NCBI GenBank assembly: GCA_050251055.1
Contig: JBFWNL010000010.1
Span: 65,833-129,832 of the forward strand
Origin: Bacteriovoracia bacterium
GTDB taxonomy: Bacteria > Bdellovibrionota > UBA1018 > JBFWNL01
Direction of reading: 5' to 3'
DNA: 64,000 bases
Below the pieces are notes generated by a model. That model was not told where the DNA came from and searched no databases. It saw nothing but the letters and a program-made list of their open reading frames with translations. Below, one piece after another: positions 10,246 to 19,157 of the stretch. Both the position numbers and the translations under genes were made by a program. Position 1 is the first letter of the stretch; each line of letters starts with the position of its first letter.

Positions 10246-11127
10246 TTATTCCGCCTGCGCCTCGGGCAGGAGTTTCGGCATTCCCCGCGTCAGGGCGCGG
10301 ATCTCAAGTAACTGCTTTAAGAAAGCGCCCGTTTTATCGAGATAAAACGCGTTCGGACCATCGCTCTTGGCTTCCGCCGGCCGCGGATGCACTTCCATGA
10401 AAAGCCCGTCGGCGCCCGCAGCCATCGCCGCCCGCGCGAGCACTTCCAGGTATTCGCGCTTGCCGCCCGTGCTCTTACCACCCGGCGCGGCGCCCGGCAC
10501 CTGGATGGAATGAGTGGCATCGTAAATCACCGGCACGCCAAAGCCTTGCATGCATTGAAACGACGACATATCGACCATGAGGGCATTGTACCCGAAGGAA
10601 ACTCCCCGCTCGGTCAGATAGAACCAATCTTTCACCGGTTTCGCGGCCGACTTCTTTTCCACGGCCCGAACCTTCTCTACGATGTTTTTCGCGTCCCAGG
10701 GGGCCAAGAACTGGCCCTTCTTGATATTGAGCCGGCAACCGTGCTTCAGCGCCGCCTCCGCTCCCGCTACCACGAGATCCGTCTGGCGGCAGAGAAATGC
10801 CGGTATTTGGATGAAATCCACGACCTCGGCGATCGGCTCCGCCTGCTCGGGCGCGTGCATGTCCGTCAGGAGCGCGAATCCGGTGTGTTCGTGGACTTTC
10901 TGCAGGATCTTCAAGCCTTGCTTCATGCCCGGGCCACGAAATCCCTCGATCGACGTGCGATTCGCTTTATCGAAGGAAGCCTTGAAGTAAATGTCCAGCG
11001 GAAGCCCGGCGAGCTGCTTCTTCAGCTCGGTGGCGATCTCCAGGGTCAGCCCCTCGTCTTCGATCACGCAGGGACCAATAATAAGTGGCATGCTGAGCGG
11101 CATTTTATCCAAACTTGGAGCTGACAT
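10246..11127 (-). CDS. kdsA: KDO 8-phosphate synthase
   Basis: GPCVIE, KASFDKANRTS, QIPAFLCRQTDL, KKGQFLAPWD, DATHS; start placed at ATG 11127. Confidence 0.96.
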   Translation of the reverse strand: MSAPSLDKMPLSMPLIIGPCVIEDEGLTLEIATELKKQLAGLPLDIYFKASFDKANRTSIEGFRGPGMKQGLKILQKVHEHTGFALLTDMHAPEQAEPIAEVVDFIQIPAFLCRQTDLVVAGAEAALKHGCRLNIKKGQFLAPWDAKNIVEKVRAVEKKSAAKPVKDWFYLTERGVSFGYNALMVDMSSFQCMQGFGVPVIYDATHSIQVPGAAPGGKSTGGKREYLEVLARAAMAAGADGLFMEVHPRPAEAKSDGPNAFYLDKTGAFLKQLLEIRALTRGMPKLLPEAQAE

Positions 11128-11140
11128 TGCCACTCCCACG

Positions 11141-12781
11141 TTAAGCGCGCGCCCCGCGCTTCGCCTTGGCCGCGCCGATGAACGCCGCGAACAGCGGATG
11201 CGGCTCAAGCGGGCGACTCAAAAACTCCGGGTGAAACTGACAGCCCAGGTACCAAGGATGATTAGGGAGCTCGACCATTTCGACCAGATCCATGCCGGTG
11301 GACGCGTTCACGTGTTTACCACCGATGACCATGCCACCCTCCTCCAAGCGTTTACGGTAGGCGTTGGAAACTTCGTAGCGATGGCGGTGGCGCTCGGAAA
11401 TCACTTCTTTGCCATACGCCTGGAAGGCTTTCGTGGGCTTGCCTTGAAAGGACTTCAAAACCTCGCAGCGGTATGCGCCCAGGCGCATGGTGCCGCCCTT
11501 GTCGGTGACGCCTTTTTGCGACTCCATCAGGTCAATCACCTTATTCGCTCCGCCAGGGGTGAACTCGGCCGAGTTCGCGTCTTTGATCCCGCAAACGTTG
11601 CGCGCGAATTCCACGACCGCGAGCTGCATGCCCAGGCAGATGCCGAAATACGGAACACCCGACGTGCGTGCGTATTCCGCCGCCTTGATCTTGCCTTCGA
11701 TGCCACGCTCTCCGAAACCGCCGGGCACGAGCACCGCGTCGACCTTGCGCAAGGCCTCGAGGTTACCCTTTTCGACTTCTTCCGAATCAATGTACTGCGT
11801 GTTCACGCGCACGTTGTTGGCTACGCCGCCGTGAATAAGTGACTCACTCAGCGATTTATAGCTGTCGCGCCAGTCGGTGTACTTACCCACGATCCCGATC
11901 GTAACCTCACCTTGCGGCTTCTTAATCCGGTCGACCATCGCGCTCCACTTGCTCAGATCCGGACGCCCCGTCCAGATCCCCAGGAGCTCGCCGATTTTTT
12001 CGTCCAGGCCTTCTTCATGATAGCGCAGCGGCGCTTCGTAAATCGTTTCGACGTCGAGCGCGCTGAAAACCTGCTCCGCCGGCACGTTGCAGAAAAGCCC
12101 GATCTTGTTTTTCACATCGGCGGGAAGCGCACGATCGCTGCGGCACAGAAGAATATCCGGCTGGATGCCGATCTCGCGCAACTCCTTCACGCTGTGCTGC
12201 GTGGGCTTCGTTTTCAACTCCGCCGCCGTCGCGATGTAGGGCACGAGCGTCAGGTGCACGAACAGGACGTTTTGGCCTCCCAGTTCGTGTTTCACTTGGC
12301 GGATGGCTTCGAGGAACGGCAAGCTTTCAATATCGCCCACCGTGCCGCCCACTTCGACGATGGCCAGATCCGAATCGGCCGCCGCATCATATATATGTTT
12401 TTTGATTTCGTCGGTGATGTGCGGGATGACCTGCACGGTCTTGCCGAGATAACCGCCTTCGCGTTCGCGCCGAATGACAGCGTCGTAGATACGGCCCGTG
12501 GTGAAGCTGTTCTTGCGCGAGAAACCCGCGCCGCCGACGAAGCGCGAGTAATGGCCTAGATCCAAATCGGTTTCGGCGCCGTCGTCGAGCACGAAAACTT
12601 CGCCGTGCTGATACGGGCTCATGGTTCCCGGATCGACATTCAAATACGGATCCATCTTCACCATCGTGACCTTGATTCCGCGGTGCTCGACCAACATGCC
12701 GATGCTGGATGCGCTGATGCCCTTGCCAATGGAGGAAAGGACGCCGCCCGTCACGAAGATGAATTTTTTGGGTTTGGCCAT
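11141..12781 (-). CDS. pyrG: CTP synthase
   Basis: [54 protein letters not shown]. Confidence 0.98.
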   Translation of the reverse strand: MAKPKKFIFVTGGVLSSIGKGISASSIGMLVEHRGIKVTMVKMDPYLNVDPGTMSPYQHGEVFVLDDGAETDLDLGHYSRFVGGAGFSRKNSFTTGRIYDAVIRREREGGYLGKTVQVIPHITDEIKKHIYDAAADSDLAIVEVGGTVGDIESLPFLEAIRQVKHELGGQNVLFVHLTLVPYIATAAELKTKPTQHSVKELREIGIQPDILLCRSDRALPADVKNKIGLFCNVPAEQVFSALDVETIYEAPLRYHEEGLDEKIGELLGIWTGRPDLSKWSAMVDRIKKPQGEVTIGIVGKYTDWRDSYKSLSESLIHGGVANNVRVNTQYIDSEEVEKGNLEALRKVDAVLVPGGFGERGIEGKIKAAEYARTSGVPYFGICLGMQLAVVEFARNVCGIKDANSAEFTPGGANKVIDLMESQKGVTDKGGTMRLGAYRCEVLKSFQGKPTKAFQAYGKEVISERHRHRYEVSNAYRKRLEEGGMVIGGKHVNASTGMDLVEMVELPNHPWYLGCQFHPEFLSRPLEPHPLFAAFIGAAKAKRGARA

Positions 12782-12788
12782 CCAGGTT

Positions 12789-13538
12789 TCATACTAGGAG
12801 ACGGCGTACCTTTTCAAGGTCTTCCGCCGTATCCACCGCCACGGTGTCGCGTTCTACTTCCGCGAGACCAATGGGGATTCCATGCTGCATAGCCCTGAGC
12901 TGCTCGAGGCTTTCGGCGACCTCCAGCGGCACTGGGCGCGCCTCGGAAATCTGGAATAAGACTTCCCGCGTATAAACGTAGAGGCCCAGATGCTTATACG
13001 GGATATAGGGGGTCGTACCCGAAGGCGCGGCCGGGGGCTCCTGCCTTCCATAGGGAATGGGTAGCCGCGAAAAAAAAAGAGCCCGACTATTATTATCTAC
13101 AATGACCTTCACCACGTTGCGGCTCAATAGATCCGCCTGAGAACGCAGCGGCGTCATGATCGACGCCATCGTGAACCGCTTGGATGTCACGAGCTCTAGC
13201 GCCTTCTCAATTCCCGTCGGATCGATCATGGGCTCGTCACCTTGTACGTTGATGTAAATGTCAGCCTTCAGCTGGCGGGCCACCGCCGCGATGCGATCCG
13301 TGCCGCTCGTCAAATCAGGCGAGGTCATCATGACTTCGCCGCCGAACTTGCGTACCGCCTGCGTTACCCGATCATCGTCGGTAGCCACGATCACCTGATC
13401 CACGCCGCGGGCTTTCTTCGCCGCTTCGTACACCCATTGGATCATCGGCTTGCCATGAATGTCCGCCAAAGGCTTGCCGGGCAGCCGGGTGGAGGCGTAA
13501 CGCGCGGGTATCACGAGCAGGGTCTTCACCGATTTCAT
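12789..13538 (-). CDS. kdsB: CMP-KDO synthetase
   Basis: [35 protein letters not shown]. Confidence 0.97.
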   Translation of the reverse strand: MKSVKTLLVIPARYASTRLPGKPLADIHGKPMIQWVYEAAKKARGVDQVIVATDDDRVTQAVRKFGGEVMMTSPDLTSGTDRIAAVARQLKADIYINVQGDEPMIDPTGIEKALELVTSKRFTMASIMTPLRSQADLLSRNVVKVIVDNNSRALFFSRLPIPYGRQEPPAAPSGTTPYIPYKHLGLYVYTREVLFQISEARPVPLEVAESLEQLRAMQHGIPIGLAEVERDTVAVDTAEDLEKVRRLLV

Positions 13539-13646
13539 GGGGATTATTTCTCACGATCCAATCATTAACGCAATGAAGCGGAATCTTTCCAATTCCCGAT
13601 GATTTTTGCACTAGCCAAAGGGAGTCGCCAAAGCAAAAATACTCCT

Positions 13647-14345
13647 ATGAAAAAAATCTTAGTTGTTGGGCTCGCTTTGATTTCCCACCCCGTCTTAGCC
13701 GCCGAAACATCGGTGCTCGAGGCGAGCAAACACCGCGATTTCGCCCGCCTCAATCCGGAGCTCGGCGTTTCGCAACTGCACTATCAAGAAACCGGCGTAC
13801 CGAACCATCACCAAACCAGCCTCTACGGCCGGATGCAGTTCGTGGGCGGCGTCGCCCAAACCCCCCTGTATTTCGAGAGCAACTTGTTCGGCAGTCTCGC
13901 TTCCCTCAGCCGCAACCAAACGCAAAACGCGCGCACCTGGGGATTCGACGCCCTGATGAATATCGACGCCACTTCTCCGCACACCGATTGGCTCGCGCAC
14001 TTCGGACTGGGCTACGGCCACCGCAGCATGCGCGTGACCGATAGTGCCTTCGGCTACAACAATCTGAACGGTCCCGTTCTGCAAGCCCGAGTCGGATACC
14101 GCACGAGCACCGGTCAACGCTTCTGGATCGGCCACAAATCCCTCTTCAGTCTGAGCGTCAGCTCGACGTACTCGATGATCAATTCATTGACCTATGACTT
14201 CTCGAATCCGACGGCCGCGGCGCCTTTCGTTAGCCTGTCTTGGCAAACCACCGGCATCACCCTGGTTTCAACGGAGGCGGGAAATGCCGGCCGCTTTTCC
14301 GTACGTGAAAACTCCCTCGCGCTCTCGCTGGGGCACTCGATTTAG
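13647..14345 (+). CDS. Putative outer-membrane beta-barrel protein
   Basis: Signal peptide MKKILVVGLALISHPVLAA; alternating aromatic/hydrophobic strands. Confidence 0.6.
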   Translation: MKKILVVGLALISHPVLAAETSVLEASKHRDFARLNPELGVSQLHYQETGVPNHHQTSLYGRMQFVGGVAQTPLYFESNLFGSLASLSRNQTQNARTWGFDALMNIDATSPHTDWLAHFGLGYGHRSMRVTDSAFGYNNLNGPVLQARVGYRTSTGQRFWIGHKSLFSLSVSSTYSMINSLTYDFSNPTAAAPFVSLSWQTTGITLVSTEAGNAGRFSVRENSLALSLGHSI

Positions 14346-14351
14346 TTTATT

Positions 14352-14385
14352 GGTTCGGGAGAATCGTACGTGATCCTCCCGAACC
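14352..14385. terminator. Hairpin between convergent genes (terminator-like, no clear U tract)
   Basis: GGTTCGGGAG...CTCCCGAACC perfect 10-bp stem. Confidence 0.5.
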
Positions 14386-14399
14386 GAATCATCCTTGAA

Positions 14400-15719
14400 T
14401 TACCACACCAGTATCGGCCACTGTCGATTGAACAATCTCCACACCGCAGGATCAAAGCCGTTTGCTTCCCATTCGTAGCCATCGAGCTGCGAATCGCTTA
14501 ATCCCGTGCCTCCATAGAGATCGGCCATCGGAAAAGTATCCAAATCATAGTAGTTGCCTTGGCCGATTCCGCCTTGGGCAAAGCCGTACAACGGAGATTC
14601 GATGGGCGACGTTCCCGAGATGGTGCCCAGAAACAGGTTTCGCGTGATGCCACCAGAGAACGTGCTCAACGCCTGTCCCGCGATACCCCCCACGAAAGCT
14701 CCCGGCCCCTCCGGATAAAGACCTACCCTCGATACACAATCGCGAACGGCAGTGGACACCCCATAAATGTGCCAAAGCATGCCCGCGAGGCCGCCAATCA
14801 TGCGGCCATGAATCGCGCCCTCCACATTGACTTGGCTTATATTGACCGACGACGCGATACCAATGGCGCCCCCGACGGTAACACCCGAGAGGGAAAGATC
14901 CGTCTCAATCCGATTCAAGCGCGGCCCCCGGGCTTCACCTACGATGCCGCCGGCGACGTTCGCCTCGATCGCGCTACCCAAGACCCGTCCATTCACGATT
15001 TCCCCCGTAGTCGAGCCCCCGAAGAGCGCGCTGAAAATTCCAACCATCCCGCCCGCCCACATCCCTCGCAACTGGACATTCGAAAGAAAGACGCGCTCAA
15101 AACGGGAGGCGACCGCGCGACCGATCACTCCGCCGACTGCGCTAGGATAGCTCGGGATCGCCGCCCAATCGCGCGGGCGATCGGCGGTAACGCGAAAGAC
15201 GATCAGATCGGACACCTCGGCACGGCCAGATCCCGCTAGCGCGCCCGCGTAGTCCCAGCCTTGAACGAGCGCCGACTCGTTTGGCGCGCGCAGAAGCTGA
15301 ATATCAATAATGGAAAGCCGGCGAACCACGGCGGGCTGATCGCCAGACCCGAGCTCCAGGAAAATACCGGCGCCGCCGCGAGGCATGCCGTCTTGCACGC
15401 CGACGTGCGCGCGAATGCGAAGGTTACGCAACACTTTGCCGTTGCCTTCTAAAACCCCTCGAAAAGGCCCGTCGCTCGCCGCGCCGATCGGCGGCATTTC
15501 GACATTCTGGAAATCCAGGTCGTTGCAGAGAAAATAGTTTCCTCCTAGATTTTGCTCGATTGCACGAAACTGCGCGACGGTCTGGATCGGCGTATAACCC
15601 ACGGGAGCCACGCAAAGCGCCGCACTTCGCTTAATGACCACCGGCCGCGCCTCAATGGCTTGGGCCGGAAACGCTATGATCGAAGCCAAGAGAAATAGGT
15701 TAGTTACTTTTCGCATCAT
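14400..15719 (-). CDS. Secreted GLUG-like repeat (beta-helix) protein
   Basis: Signal peptide; NLGGNYFLCNDLDF...PIG...FRGVLEGNGKVLRNL N-cap followed by repeated (V/A)GG(I/L)(V/A)G units. Confidence 0.8.
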   Translation of the reverse strand: MMRKVTNLFLLASIIAFPAQAIEARPVVIKRSAALCVAPVGYTPIQTVAQFRAIEQNLGGNYFLCNDLDFQNVEMPPIGAASDGPFRGVLEGNGKVLRNLRIRAHVGVQDGMPRGGAGIFLELGSGDQPAVVRRLSIIDIQLLRAPNESALVQGWDYAGALAGSGRAEVSDLIVFRVTADRPRDWAAIPSYPSAVGGVIGRAVASRFERVFLSNVQLRGMWAGGMVGIFSALFGGSTTGEIVNGRVLGSAIEANVAGGIVGEARGPRLNRIETDLSLSGVTVGGAIGIASSVNISQVNVEGAIHGRMIGGLAGMLWHIYGVSTAVRDCVSRVGLYPEGPGAFVGGIAGQALSTFSGGITRNLFLGTISGTSPIESPLYGFAQGGIGQGNYYDLDTFPMADLYGGTGLSDSQLDGYEWEANGFDPAVWRLFNRQWPILVW

Positions 15720-15990
15720 CTTCGCCCCCCTCTTTGTTTGAATTCTTGCAGCCGGCTTGACATAACTCGTCCGCCCGCCGCGCATCCGCGATGCACCACC
15801 GGTAACTCACGAGCGTCGGAATGCCGAATGTCGTGTGGTACTCTTCGCAATAGTTCAGGTAGTTTTCAAATCGCTGGCGGCAATCCGCGAAACAGGCCGC
15901 CGAATCCCGGGCCGGATCCGCATTCGCCGCTCCGGCGATCAATCCACAAACCAGCGCTCCCAGCGCGAAGCTGAAGTATCGCATATCCAT
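15700..15990 (-). CDS. Small secreted Cys-rich helical-hairpin protein
   Basis: AGGGGG RBS, signal peptide ending ANA, six symmetric mature Cys. Confidence 0.75.
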   Translation of the reverse strand: MDMRYFSFALGALVCGLIAGAANADPARDSAACFADCRQRFENYLNYCEEYHTTFGIPTLVSYRWCIADARRADELCQAGCKNSNKEGGEDDAKSN

Positions 15991-16034
15991 GCCCCCTTTT
16001 TTATTTTTCGATTTATGGCCAAATCGGTTGATAC

Positions 16035-16322
16035 TTAAGAAGCCACTCCGGCCTTACCCCCTCCGCGCGAAAACGGCGGGCCCTCGATTTCAGGTTCGCC
16101 CGGAACACACCGGCAATCGTACCGATCCCAGCGGCAGTGTCCCTTCAGCTCGAGCTCGAAAGTAGGCCCGCTGGGAACGGTGTTTCGATACGTGACGGTG
16201 CACCGGCCACCACAATATCCGGCCTGATCGAGCTCACAGCTATCGATCACGGTCGACGTATCCGCCTGCACCGAAGCGCCAAAATTCCAGCTCAATAAAA
16301 TCCCAATGACCAACGCCCGCAT
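16035..16322 (-). CDS. Small secreted six-Cys protein
   Basis: GAGGGGG RBS, signal peptide ending VQA, C-x7-C-x3-C-x21-C-x6-C-x-C. Confidence 0.75.
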   Translation of the reverse strand: MRALVIGILLSWNFGASVQADTSTVIDSCELDQAGYCGGRCTVTYRNTVPSGPTFELELKGHCRWDRYDCRCVPGEPEIEGPPFSRGGGKAGVAS

Positions 16323-16500
16323 ACATATGTCCCCCTCGGAACAGATTAATGACTCGGCGCGATAAACTCAAATTGAAACGTATTTTTTGTTAGCGATATT
16401 TTTTTAATATTATAAAAATATAAATAATTTCGATATATTATAACAATACATCAATTTTAAATTCTTATTATTTATATATATTTTGTTAGCAAACTAGAGG

Positions 16501-17589
16501 TTACTTTCGCTCTGGAAACGGTAAAATCCAGGCAAGATCCGGGATGCCGTCCAAGCGCCTCTCGATGGCCGGTGAGTCGGGTGAAAGGGGGTCCCGTACA
16601 GGATGGCTCCGGTAGGAGTGGAGGATTTCCACGACCGCCCACTTTCCAGCGGACCGAGCGGCCCTCACGCTTTCCGATGGAATATTGGTTTGCTGCTTTA
16701 GCCAAGCCTCGAAGTTGGAAACGTACCGATCCTCCGCCTCGTCCAGCCAGGCGCGACGAATCTTTACTCTCTGAGAATGGAATCCCGATTCGCCCAGGAT
16801 CTCACGATAGAAGTCAGCAACCCACGTTTTCACGGAGGCCCGAAATCCCGCCGTCTGGAAAGTCGTGCTCGAAAACGCCTTCATCAGTTCCTTGGCGGGG
16901 GTCTTAGCCGCCGAAGTGAAAAGCTCCCGGACCGCCGCCCGGGCCGTGGAGGTCGGCACCAGGGTTTGCCCACCCGCGAAGCGCAGGACGTCCTCGAGCC
17001 AAATCCCCGCGACATTCAACGCATCCACGGCGTCGCTCTCGAGTAAAACCTCGTCAATCGTCCAAACGACCTTCATGCCGCCGCCCGCGATACTCTGGGA
17101 AGCAAACCTACTGAGCGTCGCCTGGGCGCAACGTTTGAGGCTTTTTAATGGCCCATCTCCCTCCCTCAACTCACTCAAGGGGGCACGGGAAAAAACCAGC
17201 TCGACTTCCACCTTCTTCGCCGAAAGGGACGCCGGCACTTTACCGAGGCGATAGAAATCCAACCAGTCTTTGATGTGCGCACGAACGGGCGCGAGCTCTG
17301 GGCCTAGGCGCGGCATCACCATATCTTCGATCCATTCCCAAGCTCCTGCGCTTTCCCAAGTCGGATAGGTGCGCTTGGCCTTCGTCGCATCCAAGAGCGC
17401 CTCAAAGATCGCGTCCGAATAAATCGTCTTCAAGAGATCGCGATCATAACCCTTCCCTAGGGCGACCTGAGCATTCCGAACTTGATCGTTCTCAAAGCAA
17501 ACGGAGACGGTTCCGGCCGAAGCGGAAAAAGAAAACAATCCCAGCCAAACTATGGCGAAGGTGAATAAAATACCTATAGCTCTGCCCAT
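16501..17589 (-). CDS. Secreted hypothetical protein
   Basis: 362-aa ORF with signal peptide (SASA); no recognised motif. Confidence 0.7.
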   Translation of the reverse strand: MGRAIGILFTFAIVWLGLFSFSASAGTVSVCFENDQVRNAQVALGKGYDRDLLKTIYSDAIFEALLDATKAKRTYPTWESAGAWEWIEDMVMPRLGPELAPVRAHIKDWLDFYRLGKVPASLSAKKVEVELVFSRAPLSELREGDGPLKSLKRCAQATLSRFASQSIAGGGMKVVWTIDEVLLESDAVDALNVAGIWLEDVLRFAGGQTLVPTSTARAAVRELFTSAAKTPAKELMKAFSSTTFQTAGFRASVKTWVADFYREILGESGFHSQRVKIRRAWLDEAEDRYVSNFEAWLKQQTNIPSESVRAARSAGKWAVVEILHSYRSHPVRDPLSPDSPAIERRLDGIPDLAWILPFPERK

Positions 17590-17648
17590 ATGGAGCGCAT
17601 TTAATAGCGGCTTTGACGCTTTAAGTCAATTTAGTTAAATAATTGAAT

Positions 17649-19148
17649 TTACTGTTGTTTGCTGGGTTTTACGGATTTTTTTGGGGCGATCTGGGTAACC
17701 GTCGCTCCCTTTAAGGCCGGAGCACTGTCCCCCACCGCCACGGGCTGGACGGTGTCGGCTCCCGAAACCACGTAAACGCGATTCCGCGAGAGTTTCTTCG
17801 CGTGATACATCGCCTTGTCCGCCATCTCGATGATGTCTTTTTTAGAGGTCGCGTGGTCGGGGAACATGGCGACGCCAATAGAAACCGTGAAGTGGATATT
17901 GAGCCCCTCGCGCGCAAGAAAAGTATTCTTCTCCACCGATTTGCGAATGCGCTCGGCCACGGTCTGCGCCATTGCCAGGTCACAGGGCGTGAGCACGGCC
18001 ACGAACTCGTCGCCACCGTAGCGAAACACCGTATCCGTGTCCCGCACGTGTTTTTTGATGTGGTAGCCCAGCTCGTTTAGGAGCTTCGTCCCCACCAGGT
18101 GGCCGTGATTGTCGTTCACGCCCTTGAACTTGTCGGCATCCGCGAAGAGCACGGCGAACGATAAATTCTCTGCCTTCGCCTGCTTGATCTCCCGGTCGAG
18201 AATGTAGTTTAAATAACGCGTATTATAGAGGCCCGTGGCGTCGTCGACGTACACCAAGTGCTGCACGCCCAGGTACTGCTTGATATTGTTGCCGGTCACC
18301 TCGAGCTGACGACGCAGCAGGTGAATTTGGTTTTCGAATTCCGCCGTGTTCGTGGGCGTCGTCGGCGAGAGACAAACGCAAAAATAATCGCTCTCACCCG
18401 CGCACTTGAAACGAAAAACAAAAAGACCCGGCGTCAGCTTTCCGCGATCGATGAAGCGGTAAACCTCGTCCGCCTCGACCATCTTTGGAAACGGATTCGT
18501 CGCGTAAATCGCGATATCAAGGATTTCTTCCATCGCGCGATCCGTGCGGTTATCGCCCGCGCTCTCGAGCGCGCGGATCGGCTCGTTCTGGTGGAGCGTG
18601 TAGATGCTCGAGTGATTCGAATTGAGCTCCTGGGAAAAGTACCCTTGAACGATGCTGAAAATCTTGCTCTGCTCGAGCGACGCGGAAATCATCTGGCAGC
18701 TGTTAAGCAAATGAAGGAAGCCGGACGCGCCCGTGTTCTCGCCGAAGACGGTTTTTTTATCGAGGCCCCGCTTGATGACCAGCTTCAACGTTTCGAGGTT
18801 AAACGGTTTCTCGAGGAAATCCTCGGCACCCATGCGGATCGCCGCTACCGCGTCGGCTACCTTGGCCCGATCCGATATAATGATCACGCTCGTGTCGGGG
18901 TTATTGCGCTTAATCCGCTCCAATAGGGTGATGCCGTTGAGCTTCCGGGGCGTTCCGCCGAGCTCGAGCGAGCTCAGATCGATTACGATAAGATGATAGT
19001 TGGAGTTCACGAGCCAGTCGAACGTGCTGCGCACGCGGCTCATGACGTCGATCTTGCACTCGCCCACCTCCCGGATCACGTCCGAGTAGATTTCCGCCTC
19101 CTTGGGGTCGGCCTCCATCAGGAGCACGTTATAAACGGGGGGCTTCAT
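17649..19148 (-). CDS. REC-linker-GGDEF dinucleotide cyclase, Hypr (GacA/Bd0367-like) type
   Basis: REC (IVIDLS, KPF); DDATGLYNTRY; DADKFKGVNDNHGHLVGT; RDTD I-site; RYGGDEF. Confidence 0.9.
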   Translation of the reverse strand: MKPPVYNVLLMEADPKEAEIYSDVIREVGECKIDVMSRVRSTFDWLVNSNYHLIVIDLSSLELGGTPRKLNGITLLERIKRNNPDTSVIIISDRAKVADAVAAIRMGAEDFLEKPFNLETLKLVIKRGLDKKTVFGENTGASGFLHLLNSCQMISASLEQSKIFSIVQGYFSQELNSNHSSIYTLHQNEPIRALESAGDNRTDRAMEEILDIAIYATNPFPKMVEADEVYRFIDRGKLTPGLFVFRFKCAGESDYFCVCLSPTTPTNTAEFENQIHLLRRQLEVTGNNIKQYLGVQHLVYVDDATGLYNTRYLNYILDREIKQAKAENLSFAVLFADADKFKGVNDNHGHLVGTKLLNELGYHIKKHVRDTDTVFRYGGDEFVAVLTPCDLAMAQTVAERIRKSVEKNTFLAREGLNIHFTVSIGVAMFPDHATSKKDIIEMADKAMYHAKKLSRNRVYVVSGADTVQPVAVGDSAPALKGATVTQIAPKKSVKPSKQQ

Positions 19149-19157
19149 CTCGGTATC

